Of a stretch of 64,000 nucleotides of DNA, positions 53,801 to 64,000 are shown one piece after another. Source of the DNA: Lingula anatina (Eukaryota; Animalia; Brachiopoda); assembly GCA_051362555.1 (NCBI GenBank), contig CM120643.1:4588001-4652000 (forward strand). Reading direction: 5' to 3'. Numbering within the stretch: the stretch's first letter is position 1; every line of letters starts with the position of its first letter. The position numbers were made by a program, and so were the translations under genes. The notes below the pieces were generated by a model that had not been told where the DNA came from, did no database searches, and saw nothing but the letters and a program-made list of their open reading frames with translations.

Positions 53801-56800
53801 AACTATTTTAAGTCATGAGATTTGCCAGTCTTTTCAATGAAATTTTCAGTTTTTTCAGTTATATTGTTCTTTTTCCAGAGTACCCTTACCATGAAAAGGC
53901 AGGCAGTGAAAGACAGCATCAAGAGCAGCAATATGTCTTATCCATGTGTACAATACATGATATGTAACAAGATTTAGGACATTGTCAAATATTGTGATAA
54001 CAACAACCCATTCCAGAAACCCATTGTAAGGAGTAATCTGCATCTGGCATTGATAGTAAGGAGAAGTCTTGTATGGGTATATATCGTTTTCCAGATAACA
54101 GTTATAGGTAATTTGCAACCTCTTACACACACAACCTCAAGTCATCATATTTGCTATTTTATTTTATATTCACATTGCAAAATTATTAACATTTAACTAT
54201 TTTAAGCCATGGAATTTGGCAGTGTTTTCAGTGTAATTTTCAGTTTTTTCAAAGATATTGTCGCAAGAAGATACTTTTTATTAGACACAGTCATTTGATC
54301 AGCTTATCACAGATTTTTATTGTTGTAAAGCATCTTTTGTATAATTTTCAGAAACACTGTACAAGATTTGACAAAATTATTAACGTTTAACCATTTTAAG
54401 TCATGGAATTGCCAGTCTTTTCAATGTAAATTTCAGTTTTCCCAAATCCGTTGTCCCAAAAAACACTTTTCACTAGATGCAGTCAACAGATCATCTAATC
54501 ACAGATTTTTATTGTTGTTAAGCATCATTAGTACAAATTTCAGAAACACTGTACAAGATTTGACAAAATTATTAACGTTTCACCATTTTAAGTCATGGGA
54601 TTTGCCAGTCTTTTCAATGTAAATTTCAGTTTTTCCCCAAATACGTTGTCCCAGAAAACACTTTTCATTAGATACAGTCAACAGATCATCTAATCACAGA
54701 TTTTTATTGTTGTTAAGCATCATTTGTACAAATTTCAGAAACACTGTACAAGATTTGACAAAATTATTAACGTTTCACTATTTTCAGTCGTGGGATTTGT
54801 CAGTCTTTTCAGTCTAAATTTCAGTTTCCCCAAATATATTGTCTCTAAAAGACACTTTTCAATAGACACAGTCAACTGATCAGCTTTTTCACAGATTTTT
54901 ATTGTTGTTAAGCATCATTTGAACAAATTTCAGAAATATTGGACAAGATTTGACAAAATTATTAACGTTGAACTATTTTAAGTCGTGGAATTTGGCAGTG
55001 TTTTTAGAGTAATTTTCAGTTTTCTCAAATATGTCATCTGAAGAAAATACTTTTCAATAGATAAAGGCAACTAATCAACTTATCACAGATTTTTATTGTT
55101 GTTAAGCATCATTTGTACAAATTTCAGAAATATTGGACTAGATTTGACAAAATTATTATCGTTTAACTATTTTAAGTCATGAGATTTGCCAGTCTTTTCA
55201 ATGAAATTTTCAGTTTTTTCAGTTATATTGTTCTTTTTCCAGAGTACCCTTACCATGGAAAAGCAGGTAGTGAAAGACAGCACCAAGAGCAGCACTATGT
55301 CTTATCCATGTGTACAATACATGATATGTGGCAAGATTTAGGACATTGTCAAATATTGTGATAACAACAACCCATTCCAGAAACCCATTGTAAGGAGTAA
55401 TCTGCTTCTGGCATTGATAGTAAGGAGAAGTCTTGTATGGGTATATATTGTTTTCCAGATAACAGTTATGGGTAATTTGCAACCTCTTACACAAACAACC
55501 TCAAATCATCACATTTTCAATTTAATTTATAATCACATTGCAAAATTATAAACATTTAACTATTTTAAGCCATGGAATTTGCCATTGTTTTCAGTGTAAT
55601 TTACAATTTTTTCAAAGATATTGTCCCAAAAAACACTTTTCATTAGACACAGTCATATGATCAGCTTATCACAGATTTTTATTGTTGTTAAGCATCATTT
55701 GTATAATTTTCAGAAACACTGGACGAGATTTGACAAAATTATTAACGTTTAACTATTTTAAGTCCTGGAATTTGCCAGTCTTTTCAATGTAAATTTCAGT
55801 TTTCCAAAATACTTTGTCCCAAAAAACACTTTTCATTAGATATGGTCAACAGATCATCTTATCACAGATTTTTAATGTTGTTAACCAGCATTTGTACAAA
55901 TTTCAGAAACACTGTACAAGATTTGACAAAATTATTAACGTTTAACTATTTTAAGTCGTGGGATTTGTCAGTCTTTTCAATGTAAATTTCAGTTTCTCTA
56001 AATATATTGTCTCTAAAAGACACTTTTCATTAAACACAGTCATCTGATCAGCTTATTACAGATTTTTATTGTTGTTAAGCATCATTTGTACAAATTTCAG
56101 AAATATTGGACTAGATTTGACAAAATTATTATCGTTTAACTATTTTAAGTCATGAGATTTGCCAGTCTTTTCAATGAAATTTTCAGTTTTTTCAGTTATA
56201 TTGTTCTTTTTCCAGAGTACCCTTACCATGAAAAAGCAGGCAGTGAAAGACAGCATCAAGAGCAGCAATATGTCTTATCCATGTGTACAATACATGATAT
56301 GTAACAAGATTTAGGACATTGTCAAATATTGTGATAACAACAACCCATTCCAGAAACCCATTGTAAGGAGTAATCTGCATCTGGCATTGATAGTAAGGAG
56401 AAGTCTTGTATAGGTATATATCGTTTTCCAGATAACAGTTATAGGTAATTTGCAACCTCTTACACACACAACCTCAAGTCATCACATTTGCTATTTTATT
56501 TTATATTCACATTGCAAAATTATAAACATTTAACTATTTTAAGCCATGGAATTTGGCAGTGTTTTCAGTGTAATTTTCAGTTTTTTCAAAGATATTGTCG
56601 CAAGAAGATACTTTTTATTAGACACAGTCATTTGATCAGCTTATCACAGATTTTTATTGTTGTATAGCATCATTTGTATAATTTTCAGAAACACTGTACA
56701 AGATTTGACAAAATCATTAACGTTTAACCATTTTAAGTCATGGAATTGCCAGTCTTTTCAATGTAAATTTCAGTTTTCCCAAATCCGTTGTCCCAAAAAA

Positions 56801-57900
56801 CACTTTTCACTAGATGCAGTCAACAGATCATCTAATCACAGATTTTTATTGTTGTTAAGCATCATTAGTACAAATTTCAGAAACACTGTACAAGATTTGA
56901 CAAAATTATTAACGTTTCACCATTTTAAGTCATGGGATTTGCCAGTCTTTTCAATGTAAATTTCAGTTTTTCCCCAAATACGTTGTCCCAGAAAACACTT
57001 TTCATTAGATACAGTCAACAGATCATCTAATCACAGATTTTTATTGTTGTTAAGCATCATTTGTACAAATTTCAGAAACACTGTACAAGATTTGACAAAA
57101 TTATTAACGTTTCACTATTTTCAGTCGTGGGATTTGTCAGTCTTTTCAGTCTAAATTTCAGTTTCCCCAAATATATTGTCTCTAAAAGACACTTTTCAAT
57201 AGACACAGTCAACTGATCAGCTTTTTCACAGATTTTTATTGTTGTTAAGCATCATTTGAACAAATTTCAGAAATATTGGACAAGATTTGACAAAATTATT
57301 AACGTTGAACTATTTTAAGTCGTGGAATTTGGCAGTGTTTTTAGAGTAATTTTCAGTTTTCTCAAATATGTCATCTGAAGAAAATACTTTTCAATAGATA
57401 AAGGCAACTAATCAACTTATCACAGATTTTTATTGTTGTTAAGCATCATTTGTACAAATTTCAGAAATATTGGACTAGATTTGACAAAATTATTATCGTT
57501 TAACTATTTTAAGTCATGAGATTTGCCAGTCTTTTCAATGATATTTTCAGTTTTTTCAGTTATATTGTTCTTTTTCCAGAGTACCCTTACCATGGAAAAG
57601 CAGGTAGTGAAAGACAGCACCAAGAGCAGCACTATGTCTTATCCATGTGTACAATACATGATATGTGGCAAGATTTAGGACATTGTCAAATATTGTGATA
57701 ACAACAACCCATTCCAGAAACCCATTGTAAGGAGTAATCTGCTTCTGGCATTGATAGTAAGGAGAAGTCTTGTATGGGTATATATTGTTTTCCAGATAAC
57801 AGTTATGGGTAATTTGCAACCTCTTACACAAACAACCTCAAATCATCACATTTTCAATTTAATTTATAATCACATTGCAAAATTATAAACATTTAACTAT
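35880..57900. repeat. 7011-bp super-repeat (3 x 2337-bp HOR), about three copies
   Basis: Diagnostic variants recur at 7011-bp intervals: 42170/49181/56192, 42635/49646/56657, 38820/45831/52842, 37792/44803/51814. Confidence 0.95.
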
Positions 57901-60121
57901 TTTAAGCCATGGAATTTGCCATTGTTTTCAGTGTAATTTACAATTTTTTCAAAGATATTGTCGGAATAAGATACTTTTCATTAGACACAGTCATATGATC
58001 AGCTTATCACAGATTTTTATTGTTGTTAAGCATCATTTGTATAATTTTCAGAAACACTGGACGAGATTTGACAAAATTATTAACGTTTAACTATTTTAAG
58101 TCCTGGAATTTGCCAGTCTTTTCAATGTAAATTTCAGTTTTCCAAAATACTTTGTCCCAAAAAACACTTTTCATTAGATATGGTCAACAGATCATCTTAT
58201 CACAGATTTTTAATGTTGTTAACCAGCATTTGTACAAATTTCAGAAACACTGTACAAGATTTGACAAAATTATTAACGTTTAACTATTTTAAGTCGTGGG
58301 ATTTGTCAGTCTTTTCAATGTAAATTTCAGTTTTCCAAAATACTTTGTCCCAAAAAACTTGCAACCTCTTACACACACAACCTCAAGTCATCACATTTGC
58401 TATTTTATTTTATATTCACATTGCAAAATTATTAACATTTAACTATTTTAAGCCATGGAATTTGGCAGTGGTTTCAGTGTAATTTTCAGTTTTTTCAAAG
58501 ATATTGTCGCAAGAAGATACTTTTTATTAGACACAGTCATTTGATCAGCTTATCACAGATTTTTATTGTTGTAAAGCATCATTTGTATAATTTTCAGAAA
58601 CACTGTACAAGATTTGACAAAATTATTAACGTTTAACCATTTTAAGTCATGGAATTGCCAGTCTTTTCAATGTAAATTTCAGTTTTCCCAAATCCGTTGT
58701 CCCAAAAAACACTTTTCACTAGATGCAGTCAACAGATCATCTAATCACAGATTTTTATTGTTGTTAAGCATCATTAGTACAAATTTCAGAAACACTGTAC
58801 AAGATTTGACAAAATTATTAACGTTTCACCATTTTAAGTCATGGGATTTGCCAGTCTTTTCAATGTAAATTTCAGTTTTTCCCCAAATACGTTGTCCCAG
58901 AAAACACTTTTCATTAGATACAGTCAACAGATCATCTAATCACAGATTTTTATTGTTGTTAAGCATCATTTGTATAATTTTCAGAAACACTGGACGAGAT
59001 TTGACAAAATTATTAACATTTAACTATTTTAAGTCCTGGAATTTGCCAGTCTTTTCAATGTAAATTTCAGTTTTCCCAAATACTTTGTCCCAAAAAACAC
59101 TTTTCATTAGATACGGTCAACAGATCATCTTATCACAGATTTTTAATGTCGTTAACCAGCATTTGTACAAATTTCAGAAACACTACAAGATTTGACAAAA
59201 TTATAAACGTTTAACTATTTTAAGTCGTGGGATTTGTCAGTCTTTTCAATGTACATTTCAGTTTCCCCAAATATATTGTCTCTAAAAGACACTTTTCATT
59301 AAAGACAGTCAACTGATCAGCTTATCACAGATTTTTATTATTGTTAAGCATCATTTGTTAAAATGTCAGAAATATTGGACAAGATTTGACAAAATTATTA
59401 ACGTTTAACTATTTTAAGTCATGGAATTTGCCAGTGTTTTTAGAGTAATTTTCAGTTTTCTCAAATATGTCATCTGAAGAAAATACTTTTCATTAGACAC
59501 AGTCATTTGATCAGCTTATCACAGATTTTTATTGTTGTTAAGCATCATTTGTATAATTTTCAGAAACACTGGACAAGATTTGACAAAATTATTAATGTTT
59601 AACTATTTTAAGTCGTGGGATTTGCCATTCTTTTCAATGTAATTTTTAGTTTTCCCAAATACTTTGTCCCAAAAAACACTTTTCATTAGATACGGTCAAC
59701 AGATCATCTTATCACAGATTTTTATTGTTGTTAAGCATCATTTGTACAAATTTCAGAAATACTGTACAAGATTTGACAAAATTATTAACGTTTAACTATT
59801 TTAAGTCGTGGGATTTGTCAGTCTTTTCAATGTAAATTTCAGTTTCCCCAAATATATTGTCTCTAAAAGACACTTTTCATTAAACACAGTCAACTGATCA
59901 GCTTATCACAGATTTTTGTTGTTGTTAAGCATCATTTGTAAAAATTTCCGAAATATTGGACAAGATTTGACAAAATTATTAACGTTTTACCATTTTAAGT
60001 CATGGAATTTGCCAGTGTTTTTAGAGTAATTTTCAGTTTTCCCAAATATGTTGTCCCAAAAAACACTTTTCACTAGATACAGTCATTGAGTTTGCCAGTC
60101 TTTTCAATGTAATTTTTTAGC

Positions 60122-60466
60122 TTTTTATGTACTTATGCAGTCTGTACATATAGCTGTCACCTGTGTCTGTCATTGCCGTTGCCATCACCGTCCCTGTCGC
60201 CGTTGCCATGCACTCAGCGATAACACGATAAGTGGAATACCGTTTTATTTTTTGTATTCAAACTTACAGAACTGATGAATATTCATAATATGCAGGTGAA
60301 GTTCAAAAAACCAGCATGATTGGGCCATTTTTAGGGAAGTTATGCTGTTTTTTCACTTTTTTTCAGCATATATGCAACCCTGATAACACGATAAGTGAAA
60401 AACCGCTTTACTTTTTGGCTTGAAACTTACAGAACTTACAGAATATTCATAATACGTAGGCCAAGT
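60122..60466 (+). mobile_element. Diverged, 3'-truncated copy of the same HINE family at the right edge of the array
   Basis: tttttatgtac...gtctgtacatatagctgtcacctgtgtctgtc, a decayed GTCGCC repeat and taacacgataagtgg...tgatgaatattcataa align with 33790-34060. Confidence 0.88.
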
Positions 60467-60589
60467 AAATTTAAAGGTGGTTAAAATAAAATCCAATGTT
60501 TTCATCATATAATTTGAGTTTTAATTTGCAACACCAACCACAAGAGACAGCTAGTGCAATCACATTTGAACAAAGTGCATATGGCTAAC

Positions 60590-62769
60590 CTTAGAAAAAT
60601 AGTTCTTGTGTCCATCATATATAACCTTATACATTATATGAAGGAATACCTGTAAAAAGAATCATTTTAATGATGGAAACATCTTGGCAGCTGTAAAATT
60701 CATAATATGTATTATTTTATCATGGATGATGCTATGATATACAAAGACTGATATATACAATACATTATTTTTTACAATTTTAATTGCAGCTAAGAGAGCC
60801 AGTTAGGGTTCACAATGCAACATTTAGAGCTTAAAGAGATAACTACTCTTTGTATGAGATTTATGCTTATAGAAAAAATAGATTTTAATCAATTAAAGAA
60901 ATATAATAAACTCTATTTTACCACTAAAATGTTATTTATCGCAATTAATCTGGAATCTGTGCTTTTCATCGAATTACGCGACCTCCATAGATTACTAGCC
61001 TTTGTAATAATCTCTTAAGAGACAAGCTTTTAAAAACCTGGACTAACTCTGAATATCGGAACAGATTTATTTACCATTGGTATGAAAGGGGAAACAAAAG
61101 TCCGTTTTCTGGTCGAAATGATAAGTTTTTATTTCTTTAATAAACATTATTATTAATTTTCTTCACAATAATAATAACAATAATGGTTGTTATTAATACT
61201 TTTATCATTATTTTATATTTATTAATTCTAGCCAAATGTCATTGGTGATTTCACATGACATTTAATTTTTTTATCTTATTGTACTTTGTTAGAACTCTTA
61301 CCTTCTTACCACTGTTTCCAATGATAAGATCAAGATAACTGTCAATTACCTAAACATAAAGCATGTTATATATCTCATTTTCAATAAATCAAACATTAGA
61401 AAGAGAAATTAATGTCTCTTTATGTTGAGTATGTATGTACTATTAGTAACAAGGCAAATTCTGCAAGGCATTATTTAAGTCTATGTAGCTCATTTTAACA
61501 TTAGATATTCATAAGATTTTTATATTTTACCTGTGCAACAAAACTGTTTACTTACTTCATCAGTAAGCATCCCATTAATAGATGAAATGCTATCATATGT
61601 AATGTGGTGGGATTTATACTTTCCGAGTGTTCTGTTGGTTGACTCCATGTTGGAGTCTTTGTAAATGACAGAGTGTTTGATGCTTTCCTCAAAGATGGTG
61701 TTCTTAGTGGAAGAGGGAGTTACAATATTGGATTTGGTAGAGTGAACGGTGGTGCTTCTGTGGTTGGATTGGACAACAGAGCTGGTAGGCATATTAGATG
61801 ATTTAGCTTTTGGTGCTAGAAAGCACGGCACTGGAGGTTAACACAATTGACTCCTGACAGTGAAGTTGTCCAACACTTGTTCCTCTTGGACAACATGGCA
61901 GTCAGCTGTGTCTCCTGGAAGAGACAAGTTTATCCCATTTTGTCTTTTCATCATCTCCGCTTTATGCCCGACTCTTCCTGACTGTACGCATCTTTTCCCT
62001 GGTGTAATAGGTAAATGTGATTGAACACATTCTTTGGCTTCAGGTTTTGTACCTGGCTTTTTCTTGAGTTGCAGTTGTTGCTTTTTGGCAGGACTAGGCC
62101 GTAAATCAACCCCACTTTCATTTGAAATTGACTCTTGTAACTTCTGAAGGATTGTTATCAACTTTTCATTTGTGTGGCGGATGGCTTCACCATCTGTAAC
62201 TAAATAGGTTTTTGACTTAATTTGTGCTAAAAGATCATGGCACTTAGAAAGTTCTGTTTGTTTGGGGAATATTTGTGTTGGGATTTCTGGCAAATTAGAA
62301 GATGACACATTTACATGCACTTCATAGTTATCGGGATCTGTGTTATTTGGTGTGAGCTTCATCGATTTAAACAGGACCTCTTCATCTATAGTAAAAAACG
62401 AGGAGTTCCTGTAGTTGGCTGGTACATGTAGCTAGTCCCAGCTCACATCTTTAAAACATAATATACCAAACAAATGCTTGCATTGCAGCCATTTAATTGC
62501 CAGTCCTGGCAAGTACAAGATGGTGCAACCTCTCCAGATCCAAAAGTGAAAGTGTGCCAATATCCACGTTTGGTCTCACTTTGTATTTGATACCTGCCAG
62601 GACCAACCACAAATATGGCTTCTTCCCTGTCCTCAAGATAGAATGCACTGGCTATTCTTCTCATACAATGTTTAGTAAAAAAAACTCTGGGCAATTCTGT
62701 GGATAAGATGGAACTGTGGCATCATACTTCCTATAATATCCGGCATAGGTATTGTTCTTTTTTATGTAT
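60590..62769 (-). pseudogene. Degenerate Mutator-like gene: SWIM zinc finger, linker and start of a ULP1/SENP-like (C48) protease domain
   Basis: Exon 62769-61556 reads YRKYDATVPSY..FTKHC..PSCTCQDW..CKHLFGI..W..P..Y..FTID (CxC..CxH SWIM), with frameshifts near 62680 and 62482 and stops near 62433 and 61838. It splices in phase to 61349-61302, giving NGMLTDE|VIDSYLDLII, then to 60649-60590. Confidence 0.7.
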
Positions 62770-63554
62770 CTGAAAAATGAATTATATCTTTGATTACATT
62801 TATATAAGTCAGAGGTAAAAATTGACATATTTTTAAGACAAGTAAATAATGCAGAATTATATATTGGACCTGGTGAATCTCTTTGAAAACTTTTGATTAA
62901 CACTTTTTATATGCAACTTACTTATCAGTAGCTTTTGCACATTCTATTATACAGTATGAAAATCATCATGTTATAACATATCAAAATGATTTACATTAAA
63001 AATATTGGAAGTTGGGGCCGGCTGAAGGGCCAGGAAAATTTTTGGTAGTTTAGAGGGTGAACGTTGTTATTTGGTACGGTTTAGAACATTGATTCAGCAG
63101 TCATATATTGGCAATCTAACTGTGATCTTGAAATTGACCTTTGACCCACTTTTCAACATGAACCCCACAAATTTGGAATAAACCTATTTTTAGGTAATGG
63201 TAATTTTGGTTTTAGGTAATTTTCAACAAAATTGAGAATATTTGTTTCGTGCATTTTGTAGACCTTGCCAAGCACAACACTGGAATTAAGTGGTGTCGCT
63301 ATTTTTGCTTTTCCATATGAATGCGCTTACTCCCCCTTACCAAAAGTCCTATAGGATCGTGTAGGACTTTTTCGTTAGGGCCAGCTGATGGTACAATACC
63401 AGGAGGTGGTATCGCCTCTCTGATTCTCTATAATAAGATATATAAGAATTTTTTGGCCAATTATAAAAATCAGAAATCATTTCCTTTGGAGCAAAGTTTG
63501 ATGAGTAAAATTAATACCATAGATCAATCAAAAATTGGGTTTGTAAACAACTGA

Positions 63555-63870
63555 AAATTGGTTTCAGCACTTGGATAAAAATTGTTTAAAAGGCGTTCGA
63601 AAGCTTAGAGTCTACTGCTGCTAGGTCAAAAGGTACAAAGTGGCGAATGCTGGGTGAGAAGAGTCCCCCATGTTGCTTTCAACCCTTTTCTCCATTCATT
63701 CCACTCAGCTTGGTGAGATTCTGTCCAATCACCTTACTTTCAGTTTTGACAACATCTCTTAGTTTCATAGGATCCTCCCACGTAGCCCTGTTATATCAAA
63801 TTGTAATTCAATATGTCACAATACATTGGATCACATACCTGTAAAAGTTGTTTTAAAGAGGCATACTCTC
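63555..63870 (-). mobile_element. Second degenerate Rex1/Babar-like LINE fragment
   Basis: Minus strand NFYRYVIQCIVTY*ITI*YNRATWEDPMKLRDVVKTESKVIGQNL...MGDSSHPAF...NNFYPSA; same C-terminal region as 4303-4700. Confidence 0.72.
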
Positions 63871-64000
63871 AGTTAAAGTACATGCCTAGACCATAGGTCA
63901 GAACTGGTGCCATTTTGTATTTTAATTCTGATGAGACTGTTAACAACGTGAGTAGACAAGTGAGAGTATTGAGATCATCCACTCCTTATCTGCCAGAGAC

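Larger units (their letters stand above)
12905..60120. repeat. Composite higher-order satellite array (~194-bp monomer plus interspersed ~320-bp block)
   Basis: gatttgacaaa recurs every 192-196 bp. Block copies are spaced 969-974, 1168 or 1364 bp apart, steps of one monomer. 37 full block copies and roughly 170 monomers (estimate); edges are more diverged. Confidence 0.98.

Noticed and set aside
13967-58868. Repeated 60-120-aa plus-strand ORFs as a tandem gene family
   Set aside because: They span monomer junctions, mostly use non-ATG starts, appear and vanish with single substitutions and show no domain.
12905-60120. CRISPR-like repeat-spacer array
   Set aside because: Eukaryotic context, 194-bp repeats, near-identical rather than unique intervening blocks, no cas genes.
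60471-60480. TTAA-AGG Kolobok-type terminus
   Set aside because: No matching opposite end found, and it falls in an intron of an unfinished gene.
60800-61045. Possible MITE in the ULP1-gene intron
   Set aside because: Only a partial inverted match (cttaa(a)gagat); ends and TSD cannot be defined.

Overview
AT-rich animal genomic DNA with spliceosomal introns, LINEs and Helentron-type repeats; a mollusc-like invertebrate is my inference. About 47 kb (~12.9-60.1 kb) is one composite satellite array: ~194-bp monomers interrupted 37 times by a ~320-bp unrelated block. It has nested periods (973/1168/1364-bp units, a 2337-bp higher-order repeat, a 5643-bp duplication and a 7011-bp repeat present three times). 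Almost all ORFs in the track are repeats of this array, not genes. A 2022-bp HINE/DINE-1-type element sits inside the array and a truncated relative marks its right edge. The left flank holds a frameshifted LINE 3' end, a Rex1-like fragment, two MITEs, a degenerate LDL-receptor class A exon and a minus-strand gene missed by the ORF track. That gene has a CBM20-like domain, seven symmetric phase-1 micro-exons and a basic tail, but carries an in-frame TGA and a phase break. The right flank holds a degenerate intron-containing SWIM-finger/ULP1-like transposon gene and a second Rex1-like fragment. All calls are by eye; no searches were run.
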